A stretch of DNA of 64,000 nt from Candidatus Saccharimonadota bacterium (GTDB lineage Bacteria; Patescibacteriota; Saccharimonadia; Saccharimonadales; 2-12-FULL-41-12): positions 77,985-141,984 of the forward strand of contig JALHOM010000001.1 in assembly GCA_022842995.1 (NCBI GenBank). Reading direction: 5' to 3'. Shown piece after piece: positions 36,157 through 44,044 of the stretch. Under the pieces are notes generated by a model. The model saw only the letters and a list, made by a program, of their open reading frames with translations, made no database searches and was not told where the DNA came from. A program made the position numbers and the translations under genes. Each line of letters opens with the position of its first letter. Within the stretch, counting starts at the first letter, position 1.

Positions 36157-37158
36157 TCACTGCGACAACAAGCCGTGCAAAGATTCTAAAATTTTACGTT
36201 CTCGATTCCTTAAAGTCCCTTCAGTAATATCCAAATTACGAGCAAGTTCTGCTTGTGACATCGACGCAGTCCCTTTCAGCCCAAAACGTTTCCGAACGAC
36301 ACGATACTGATCTTCTGGCAATTGCGCCAATGCAATGCTTAAAGATTCCATCCCTATAGTTCTTTCTGCTATAGCGTGCGTTTCTTCGGGATCCCCCGCC
36401 ATCCGATCTGCTATGATAACCGAATCCTCCCCTCCGTCGCTATAGACTGGCGTGTTAATTGATAACTGCTTGGCTACTAATCCTGCCCTAAAAGCTTCTT
36501 GGACTTGCTCTACAGAAAGCCCTACTTCATTCGCAATTTCTTCGTCAGTGGGTTGTCTTTTTAGTTGAAATGTTAGTCTACCTTCTGCGGATTCGCATTT
36601 AGAAAATCTGTAAAACATTACCTGGGATAAAGTAGCATTAGTGGCATTTACTGGGATGCGACGTTCAATTGCTTGCTTAATCCACCAAGCACCATACGTT
36701 GAAAACCGAAAACCGCGTCGCCAATCATATTTTTCGACAGCACGGAGTAAACCAATATTTGCTTCTTGGACAATATCAACTAAAGGAACACCCCAGCGGG
36801 TATATCGCCTTCCAAAATAAAATGATAAACGTAAATTAGCATTCACAAACTCGGTTATTGCCCCAGAATCAACCTTCTCTACCCTTTTTCCGAGATTTAT
36901 TTCTTCATCTTTAGTCAACAATTTAAATGAATAAGCCATGTTATACATGATTCTCAGCGAGCCTAAAGTTCCGCCATGTTGACGAGCCTGCTGAGCCAAC
37001 AGTCGCTCAAAATCTTCACGATTAATAGAGTAACTGTCCTGGACAGTATCGCCATGAGCTAGTGATTGAGGTTGACCTACTTCAAGTTCAGATGGTTGAC
37101 TAGGTGTTTGCCGACCTTCCGTACTGCGTAGTTGCTCACCAAAAGAGGCCTTGTGCAA
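36157..37158 (-). CDS. sigma-70 family factor (paralog 2)
   Basis: Region 2: [37 protein letters not shown]. Region 4.2: SQAELARNLDITEGTLRNRERKILESL. TTG start 17 nt after the rpoD stop. Confidence 0.75.
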   Translation of the reverse strand: MHKASFGEQLRSTEGRQTPSQPSELEVGQPQSLAHGDTVQDSYSINREDFERLLAQQARQHGGTLGSLRIMYNMAYSFKLLTKDEEINLGKRVEKVDSGAITEFVNANLRLSFYFGRRYTRWGVPLVDIVQEANIGLLRAVEKYDWRRGFRFSTYGAWWIKQAIERRIPVNATNATLSQVMFYRFSKCESAEGRLTFQLKRQPTDEEIANEVGLSVEQVQEAFRAGLVAKQLSINTPVYSDGGEDSVIIADRMAGDPEETHAIAERTIGMESLSIALAQLPEDQYRVVRKRFGLKGTASMSQAELARNLDITEGTLRNRERKILESLHGLLSQ

Positions 37159-37175
37159 AATGAAAACTCATTTCT

Positions 37176-38285
37176 TTACTTTATATAGTCGTGGAGTTTG
37201 CGGGCGTCTTTGTGCTTGCGAAGTTTTGCCAGTGCCTTGGCTTCAATTTGGCGGATTCGTTCACGCGTAACGCTAAATTCCTGCCCTACTTCTTCGAGAG
37301 TGTGGCTTTTGCCATCTTCTAGACCAAAGCGTAGTTTCAAAATTTTTTGCTCACGTTCGGTAAGGCCTGAAAGCATGTCTTTTACATGCTCTTTTAACAA
37401 CTGTGTGGTCGCCGACTCTTCAGGGCTGACCGTGTCTTCATCTTCGATAAAATCGCCTAAAACACTATCTTCTTCATCGTCACGAACAGATGCGTCTAAT
37501 GAGTGGATGTCTTGCTTGATCTTCATGATGTGTTCGACTTTTTCGACTTCCATCTCCATTGCTTTGGCAATCTCTTCATTGGTCGGTTCTCGGTTCAGTT
37601 CCTGAGTGAGCCGTCGCTGGGTACGGAGCAATTTGTTAATTGTTTCAAACATGTGAACCGGAATGCGAATAACACGCGCCTGGTCAGCAATCGCACGGGT
37701 AATGGCCTGTCGAATCCACCATGTTGCATACGTCGAAAACTTAAATCCTTTGTCTGGATCAAACTTTTCTACCGCACGCAGTAGCCCGGTATTACCTTCT
37801 TGGATCAAATCGAGCAGATCAAGCCCACGACCAACATAGCGCTTCGCAATGCTCACCACCAAACGCATATTGGCTTCGGCCATTTTGTCCTTGGCATCTT
37901 TATCGCCAGCCACCACTCGTTGCGCCAAAGCCAGCTCTTCGTCTGCCTTTAACAGCGGTATTTTACCGATTTCACGCAGATATAACCGCACAGAGTCGTC
38001 GGCGATATCGTCCATATAGTCTTTATCATTAAGGACCACTTCTTCGTCTTCCTCGGCCCATTCATCGGTAAATTCAACGGGCGGGGTCACTTCTTCGTCA
38101 GGAACCGTCACCACAATCTTGGCCTCTGCAAGTTCAGCATAAAGAGCATCCAGAATCTCGGCGTGCTCTGGGCTCTCTGGAATACTCGTAAAAATGAGCT
38201 CTTGATCGATCTTGCCATCTTTTTTGGCTTGCACGACCAAAGCATCTTTGGCGGCTAATAATTCTTTTTTCTTATCTTCAGACAT
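37176..38285 (-). CDS. rpoD: primary sigma factor
   Basis: Regions 1.2 through 4.2 are intact: [71 protein letters not shown]. dnaG-rpoD synteny. Confidence 0.9.
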   Translation of the reverse strand: MSEDKKKELLAAKDALVVQAKKDGKIDQELIFTSIPESPEHAEILDALYAELAEAKIVVTVPDEEVTPPVEFTDEWAEEDEEVVLNDKDYMDDIADDSVRLYLREIGKIPLLKADEELALAQRVVAGDKDAKDKMAEANMRLVVSIAKRYVGRGLDLLDLIQEGNTGLLRAVEKFDPDKGFKFSTYATWWIRQAITRAIADQARVIRIPVHMFETINKLLRTQRRLTQELNREPTNEEIAKAMEMEVEKVEHIMKIKQDIHSLDASVRDDEEDSVLGDFIEDEDTVSPEESATTQLLKEHVKDMLSGLTEREQKILKLRFGLEDGKSHTLEEVGQEFSVTRERIRQIEAKALAKLRKHKDARKLHDYIK

Positions 38286-38340
38286 AAGCTTTGTCTCCCT
38301 GCTAACTTAACCGCGCGGGCGAGAGAGTCGACCAAGTAGC

Positions 38341-40095
38341 CTACTCTACTCCTCTGCTCAACAACTGATCTAATGCTTTGACCCTTGTTAATAGTGTCTG
38401 TATTTCAGAATCACTAGCGGACTGTAATTGTTCTACGATTTGTTTTTTTTGATCTTTTACATATAACTCGGTATAGCGCGATTTGAGACGTAAGACTTCT
38501 AACTGAAGTTCTAACTGATCGACGTCCGCGTAGAGTTCCTCGAACTGTAATGTTATTATTTTTACATATTCAACGATCTCTTTCAAGTCCTTGGCATCTT
38601 TATGCGAGCCGTCAAAATCTGGATTATTCAGCAAGAACTCAACTAACCGTTGTCTGGCCTCGCCTTCGAACATCTCTGGCATCAAATCAACCATACTACC
38701 CCGCAGGCTTTTGAGGCTAAAGATAAGCGACAACAGCCTGTCGGCAGTTTTATTCAGATCGGCTACATCTCTTTCGGTAGCGACAGGAGCCAACTTGACC
38801 TGTTTTAAGCGTTTCTCGGCCGAATTATTTGAACCAAACATTTGCGAGCGCACACTCTCTGGGTCGGAACCCAGTAATCCAGTCACTTTTGTAACGTAAT
38901 GATCTTGCTCGATCTTGTCGGTCAGACCTTTGATAACCGGCAATACCGCTGCGGCAAACTGTTTTTTACCCAAGACGTCGCTCAGATCAAGATTTTTTTG
39001 ATACGTCGCAATAATCCAATCCACTGCGTAATCGGCTTTAGCAATAACGCGCTTCCAAGCCTCGGGGTCAGACCTCACCAACTCATCAGGGTCTTTGCCG
39101 CTGGGAATCGTCACGACACTCAACTGAACACCGCAAGCAGCAGCAATCGGTATAGCACGCTCGGTGGCAGCTATTCCTGCTCTATCTTCGTCGAAAGCCA
39201 ATCGAACATCCGGCGAAAACCGCCCGAGTAGCTTGAGCTGCATCTGGGTTAAGGCCGTCCCTGCTGTCGCCACAACATTATTTACGCCAGCCTGATGACT
39301 ACTAATAACGTCGAGGTTGCCTTCGGCCAAAACACTGAATTTCTCTTTCTGTATAGCCTTTTTGGCCAGATGGAGTCCATAGACATGCCGAGACTTATCA
39401 TAGAGAGCGGTTGATGGCGTGTTGATGTATTTCGGCGCATCTGGTCGGTCGACAAGTATGCGCGCCGTAAAGCCCACCACCTTGCCAAACTGATCTTGCA
39501 AAGGAATCATGATCCTGCCGCGAAACATATCCTGCAGTCTCCCCGACCGTACGGACGTCAGGCCTGCTGCTTGAATAACTTTTTCATCAAAACCTTTATT
39601 TTTAAGATACGAAAGCAAAACACCACCATGATCAGGGCTGTATCCAATCCGAAAATCTATAACCGTTTTTTTAGTAAAGCCACGCTTCTTCACCACATAG
39701 TCAAAAGCGGTCGCATTGGCGGGTAACTGCGCCTGATAAAACTTCGCAGCAGCTTCTAGCGCGTCATACAAAACATCTTTCGACGGCCCACGAGACTTTC
39801 CAGACTTCGTCTCAAACTGCTCCAGGTCTACCCCGGCCTTACGCGCCAGCAACTCTAAAGTAGCCTTAAAATCCAGACCCTCAACTTCTTGAATAAACGT
39901 AAAGATGTCCCCACCTCGGCCTGAACTAAAATCATGCCAGATCTGTTTTTCGGGGCTCACCACAAAACTCGGCGTCTTTTCGTTACTGAACGGACTCAGG
40001 CCTTTGTAGTTTTTGCCGGCACGCTTAAGATGTACGTACTCCCCAATGACGTCTTCAATATTGATTCGGGCCTTTACCTCTGTAACCGCGTCCAT
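38341..40095 (-). CDS. dnaG: DNA primase
   Basis: The start is set at MDAVTEVKARI. NEKTPSF zinc-ribbon-region signature (ligands missing). TOPRIM motifs LAEGNLDV and AFDEDRAG. Confidence 0.9.
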   Translation of the reverse strand: MDAVTEVKARINIEDVIGEYVHLKRAGKNYKGLSPFSNEKTPSFVVSPEKQIWHDFSSGRGGDIFTFIQEVEGLDFKATLELLARKAGVDLEQFETKSGKSRGPSKDVLYDALEAAAKFYQAQLPANATAFDYVVKKRGFTKKTVIDFRIGYSPDHGGVLLSYLKNKGFDEKVIQAAGLTSVRSGRLQDMFRGRIMIPLQDQFGKVVGFTARILVDRPDAPKYINTPSTALYDKSRHVYGLHLAKKAIQKEKFSVLAEGNLDVISSHQAGVNNVVATAGTALTQMQLKLLGRFSPDVRLAFDEDRAGIAATERAIPIAAACGVQLSVVTIPSGKDPDELVRSDPEAWKRVIAKADYAVDWIIATYQKNLDLSDVLGKKQFAAAVLPVIKGLTDKIEQDHYVTKVTGLLGSDPESVRSQMFGSNNSAEKRLKQVKLAPVATERDVADLNKTADRLLSLIFSLKSLRGSMVDLMPEMFEGEARQRLVEFLLNNPDFDGSHKDAKDLKEIVEYVKIITLQFEELYADVDQLELQLEVLRLKSRYTELYVKDQKKQIVEQLQSASDSEIQTLLTRVKALDQLLSRGVE

Positions 40096-40220
40096 ACCCA
40101 TCAGTTTAAAGATAAAAGAAGAAAGTTGAAAGCAAAAGACAGCAACCAAAGAGCCTTTCTCGCGGTAATATCAAGATACCTTGTTCGAAAAAGCAATTGA
40201 AATCAGATACAATAGTGCTT

Positions 40221-40835
40221 ATGCAACCAAACGGCACAGCCCCACTACCCCCTGACCACGATCCATTTGCCTTTATTACACAAGACAACCCTGTACCCAA
40301 GAAAACACTGGTCAACCCTTCTAGCATGAAGGCGCAGATTGCTATAATTGTCGGCTTTGTCATCTTACTCATAATTGGCGCGATTATTACCGTCAGCTTG
40401 CTCGGTGGTGGAGACAAAGATAGAACCCAAAGTTACATCGAGATCTCGCAACGCCAAACCGAAATCATCCGCATTAGTGCCCTTGCCAGCGAAAAAGCCA
40501 AAAGTCTTGAGACAAAATCACTCGCCTACACCACCAACCTGGCTGTTTCGTCTTCGCAAAAAGAGCTAACGACCATTCTCGTAAAGCGCGGCGTTACCGA
40601 AAAAGCCCTTGCCAAAGAGCTTGGCGCTCTCAAAAATAGCAAAAGCGACGAACTACTCGCCGAGGCCGAACGCAACAACCGCTACGACGAAACTTTCAAA
40701 GAAATATTAAACACCGAACTCACTAACTACCAAAAACAACTCAACGCCGTATCTGGTGGGGCTAAAAAATCGGAGTTCGCCGTCCTCGAAAAGTCCTTCA
40801 ACCAGATCTCGGTCATCCAAAAATCAGATAAATAG
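40221..40835 (+). CDS. hypothetical single-pass membrane protein
   Basis: The start is moved to MQPNGT. TM helix IAIIVGFVILLIIGAIITVSLL. Confidence 0.5.
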   Translation: MQPNGTAPLPPDHDPFAFITQDNPVPKKTLVNPSSMKAQIAIIVGFVILLIIGAIITVSLLGGGDKDRTQSYIEISQRQTEIIRISALASEKAKSLETKSLAYTTNLAVSSSQKELTTILVKRGVTEKALAKELGALKNSKSDELLAEAERNNRYDETFKEILNTELTNYQKQLNAVSGGAKKSEFAVLEKSFNQISVIQKSDK

Positions 40836-40846
40836 ATGCTAGCTCT

Positions 40847-41007
40847 GAGTTATGAGTTAAGAGTTATGAGTTAAGATTCGCCTTACGGCGAAAGGGGAAT
40901 GGGAGCTCGTAGCTAGCCGCTAGTAGCTAGGGGCTAGGAGCTACTCTTGTCTCTTGACTCATACCTCTTAACTCTAATTTAGAAATTTGAAATTTGAAAT
41001 TGGCATT
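40847..41007. repeat. 23 phase-locked heptamers with a drifting motif
   Basis: Reads gagttat gagttaa gagttat gagttaa ... tagctag ccgctag tagctag gggctag gagctac tcttgtc tcttgac tcatacc tcttaac tctaatt tagaaat ttgaaat ttgaaat. The left and right thirds are mutually reverse-complementary. Confidence 0.85.
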
Positions 41008-41058
41008 AACCCAAAAATCGCTATTACCAACCACAACCGAATAAAACATACTCAGCGA

Positions 41059-41086
41059 GTTTCTAGTTTCTAGTTTCTAGTTTCCG
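41059..41086. repeat. (GTTTCTA)x4 heptamer array overlapping the yjbR-like stop
   Basis: gtttcta gtttcta gtttcta gtttccg. The stop codon at 41077-41079 lies inside unit 3. Confidence 0.85.
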
Positions 41087-41397
41087 GTTACCAAATTATA
41101 GCTGTGCACTATAAAACCCTGCACTTCTTCCCAGGGGAGCTGCCCGGTCAAAATAAGCGTGTTCCAGTGCTTTTTGTTCAGATGATAACCCGGCATGACC
41201 GTCTCGTACTTTTCTCGTAATACTATTGCAAGCTGAGGGTCGCATTTTAGACTTAGCCGCACCGGATCAGATTTCTCGGCTATGAGCGCAAACATTTTGT
41301 CGCCAACTTTATATACCGCGACTTCTTCTCCGAAAGGATATTCAAGCCTGGCATTAGGCATCTCGAGCAGATATTGTTCGACAGTTTTGTGGTCCAT
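41077..41397 (-). CDS. MmcQ/YjbR-family protein
   Basis: 106 aa. The pattern YPFGEEVAVYKVGDKMFALI...LKCDP...PGYHLNKKHWNTLIL is typical of YjbR. Confidence 0.6.
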   Translation of the reverse strand: MDHKTVEQYLLEMPNARLEYPFGEEVAVYKVGDKMFALIAEKSDPVRLSLKCDPQLAIVLREKYETVMPGYHLNKKHWNTLILTGQLPWEEVQGFIVHSYNLVTGN

Positions 41398-41411
41398 TTA
41401 TACTTTAGTTT

Positions 41412-41439
41412 AAAGATAAAAGACTAAAGAGAAAAGAGC
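41412..41439. repeat. four AAAGNNN heptamers immediately upstream of the yjbR-like start
   Basis: aaagata aaagact aaagaga aaagagc. The first two units are the same as in the 18119 array. Confidence 0.85.
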
Positions 41440-41500
41440 TTATACTTAAATTCCCGTGGTCCAAAATAAAGCCCCGTCCCACAAGGTCATTAGTCATTCC

Positions 41501-41552
41501 AAAAAACATGTAAAAATTGTACGCGATCGTGTAAAACTTTTACATGTTTTTT
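41501..41552. promoter_or_regulatory. 52-nt palindrome in a divergent intergenic region
   Basis: AAAAAACATGTAAAA...TTTTACATGTTTTTT (15-nt arms) enclosing TACGCGA/TCGTGTA. It looks like a bidirectional terminator on both strands. Confidence 0.4.
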
Positions 41553-41590
41553 AAGGTAGAAGGTGTCTGTAATAAATTAACATAAGCTTA

Positions 41591-41619
41591 TTGACTTTTT
41601 AGCATAAGCGTGCTAAGGT
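41591..41619 (+). promoter_or_regulatory. promoter candidate for CDS 41659-41922
   Basis: TTGACT-N17-TAAGGT with a TG extension (gTGcTAAGGT). Confidence 0.4.
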
Positions 41620-41658
41620 AGTTATATTACATAATCAAAAACAAAAAGGATACAAAAA

Positions 41659-41922
41659 ATGATTTCAGACGCTAACCCCGAAATTGACCAAAGAGAAAAA
41701 GCTGTCGCGACAGGAAATATTCCAGTGATTGACGCGAGCACCGGGAGTGAAACTGTCAAAGTAGAAAGGACAAGCCTGCAACCAGTCGCTGAAACCGTTG
41801 GGCCAATAGCAACAGCCGGCGCATCAACCGACCCAGAAATGATGACGCCTTACACCAATGGCAGTACACAGCTCACCAATAGCAATCAAAGCCCTAGCCA
41901 GCCCGATGCATATAGAGGATAA
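41659..41922 (+). CDS. hypothetical small protein (low complexity)
   Basis: 87 aa with its own promoter and an AAAGGA RBS. No family recognised. Confidence 0.4.
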   Translation: MISDANPEIDQREKAVATGNIPVIDASTGSETVKVERTSLQPVAETVGPIATAGASTDPEMMTPYTNGSTQLTNSNQSPSQPDAYRG

Positions 41923-41956
41923 CTAGTATTCAATAAAGGTTCAGGTCTTCGCGAAC

Positions 41957-41986
41957 ACCTAGGCTAGTCGCGCATGGCGCCTAGGT
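41957..41986. terminator. hairpin spanning the orn stop codon between convergent genes
   Basis: ACCTAGGC-14 nt-GCCTAGGT. Confidence 0.4.
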
Positions 41987-42512
41987 AATACTGAAGTTCA
42001 GCAATACTTGCCTGTATATCATCGAAAGCTCGGTGCACTTCCTTCTTGCTGAAGTTAATTCCTTTACTCTGCATAACAATTTTAAAGCTACTGACATCCA
42101 GCATGCGGTAATGGAGTAATTCTTCAACCTCTGGCCACCACTGACGAATAAATATCCGGTCATTATGAATAGAGTTTCCAGCTAAAACTGCTGGCTCATC
42201 ACCAAACTGCGCTTTAATAAAACCCACTACTTCATGGATGACGTCACGCTCGCCCTGACCGCTAACGCGGATTCGCTCGGTTAAACCACTTTTTTCGTGG
42301 TGCTCTTTGGCCCAGGGGTGCATGTTTTCCAAAACTTCATCGCTTTGTGCAATCACTGCTTCGTAACTTGCCAGGGTCTTAAAATCAAAGTCAGTGACCT
42401 CGGCCGCGATTTCCAAAATCCTGTCATTTTCGGGGTCAAGGCCGGTCATTTCTAGGTCTACCCAAAAAAGTTTTGTTGGCAAACGGTTTTTGTCGATATT
42501 GGGGACACTCAT
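41964..42512 (-). CDS. orn: oligoribonuclease
   Basis: LFWVDLEMTGLDPENDRILEIA DEDDh exonuclease motif. 182 aa. Confidence 0.9.
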   Translation of the reverse strand: MSVPNIDKNRLPTKLFWVDLEMTGLDPENDRILEIAAEVTDFDFKTLASYEAVIAQSDEVLENMHPWAKEHHEKSGLTERIRVSGQGERDVIHEVVGFIKAQFGDEPAVLAGNSIHNDRIFIRQWWPEVEELLHYRMLDVSSFKIVMQSKGINFSKKEVHRAFDDIQASIAELQYYLGAMRD

Positions 42513-42609
42513 AATCGTTCATAGTATAACAACTCTGCGACAATCGCGCCTTACTTATTTGCCTCTTCGACTAGACTAGAAGAGGCGACTAACAGATGAG
42601 CATGCTATT

Positions 42610-43404
42610 ATGCCAAAGATGCGCCGTAAACTAGTCATAACAATTGTCGTCGCCCTGCTCACACTGTCGGGAGGTGGCCTTTACTTATGGCTCAACCGAC
42701 AGTCGCCTCAAGTTAAGCCATCCTCTAACGACAGTACATTCCAGAAAATACCTCCACAGGACGAGCCGACGAACGAGCAATCCACCCCGGAACCTACGCC
42801 GCCTCCTGTCGCCATAGCACCGCCGGGATTTAATAAATCTCTTTACTCGATAGACGATCCGACCAGTCCCTGGGTAATTGTTAATAAAAAACGACCCTTG
42901 CCCGAGACATACGCCCCGGCCGATCTTTCGACTATAGCCGGAGGCCAGCTGCGCTCACTGGCCGCAAGTGCCCTTAACGACCTCATCATCGCTGGTAAAG
43001 CCGCGGGGCAAAATCTGCAAATCATCAGCTCATATCGGTCTTTTTCGACCCAGTCGATAACCTATAACGGCTACGTGGCTCGTGACGGACAGGCTACGGC
43101 CGACACCTACAGTGCGCGCCCCGGCCATAGCGAACATCAGACCGGACTAGCCGTCGATCTTGGCAGTGGGTCATGTAATTTAGAGATATGTTTTGGCGAC
43201 ACCCCTGCCGGAAAATGGCTGGCCGCCAACGCGCCGAATTATGGCTTTATTATCCGCTACCCAAACGGTAAAACCCAGGTCACGGGTTATCAATACGAAC
43301 CGTGGCACATCCGTTATGTCGGCAAGGAACTGGCTGTCGAGATTAAAGCCAAAAATGTTACTTTAGAAGAATTTTTTGGGTTGCCTGCAGCCCCAAATTA
43401 CTAA
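42610..43404 (+). CDS. D-alanyl-D-alanine carboxypeptidase, VanY/M15B family
   Basis: N-terminal TM anchor. Motifs SYRSFSTQ, GHSEHQTGLAVDL and EPWHIRYVG. Confidence 0.8.
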   Translation: MPKMRRKLVITIVVALLTLSGGGLYLWLNRQSPQVKPSSNDSTFQKIPPQDEPTNEQSTPEPTPPPVAIAPPGFNKSLYSIDDPTSPWVIVNKKRPLPETYAPADLSTIAGGQLRSLAASALNDLIIAGKAAGQNLQIISSYRSFSTQSITYNGYVARDGQATADTYSARPGHSEHQTGLAVDLGSGSCNLEICFGDTPAGKWLAANAPNYGFIIRYPNGKTQVTGYQYEPWHIRYVGKELAVEIKAKNVTLEEFFGLPAAPNY

Positions 43405-44044
43405 ACAATTTACGAAGGGCATCGACAGTTTTGATCACCTCATATGGCCGAGCTTTTTTGAGCATTAACTCTGTCTGAAGCCCCCATACGACGGCAACGC
43501 CATTGACACCGGCTATGTTGGCGGCATCAATATCACGCACTTCATCACCCACCATAAAGACGTTGTTTGGATCCAGACGATATTTCCGAACAAGTTTTTT
43601 GATTGAGGCGGCCTTGCCAAATAGTGGCGGCCTCTTCAAAACAGTAACGCCATGCTCTATGCCTTCGCGCCTCATAACAGAACGTATCGTTGTGGGGCTA
43701 TTGGAACTTAAGATGTAAATTTTCCAACCAGCCCCGTCAAGCTCTTTGATGAGCTGCACTACTCCGTCAAAAAGCTTCACTTCCTTCCGTTTTTGATAAA
43801 ACAGTTTACGGCCTTCGTTCATGACGCCCGGTAATTGCCACGGCTTAACGCCAATAAATCGCATCGCGTCTTTAAGACTACCGTTTTGCAGCTTACGAAA
43901 TGTCGGATCATCGATAACCGGATACCCACGACGAATTGCCATCTGGGCATATATTTCGCGCAGCATCGGTATAACATCGGCCAATGTCCCATCAAAATCA
44001 AAGATGACCACACGCGACTCTGAGTATTTCAGTCGACCTCTCAT
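43358..44044 (-). CDS. HAD-superfamily phosphatase
   Basis: VVIFDFDGTLAD motif I. 47-nt convergent overlap with the VanY-like gene. Confidence 0.7.
   Translation of the reverse strand: MRGRLKYSESRVVIFDFDGTLADVIPMLREIYAQMAIRRGYPVIDDPTFRKLQNGSLKDAMRFIGVKPWQLPGVMNEGRKLFYQKRKEVKLFDGVVQLIKELDGAGWKIYILSSNSPTTIRSVMRREGIEHGVTVLKRPPLFGKAASIKKLVRKYRLDPNNVFMVGDEVRDIDAANIAGVNGVAVVWGLQTELMLKKARPYEVIKTVDALRKLFSNLGLQATQKILLK

Noticed and set aside
40106-40417. 103-aa minus-strand ORF spanning the dnaG 5' end and the start of CDS 40221.
   Set aside because: It overlaps two better-supported genes and the N-terminal extension of dnaG that I trimmed. The hydrophobic translation looks like a frame artefact.
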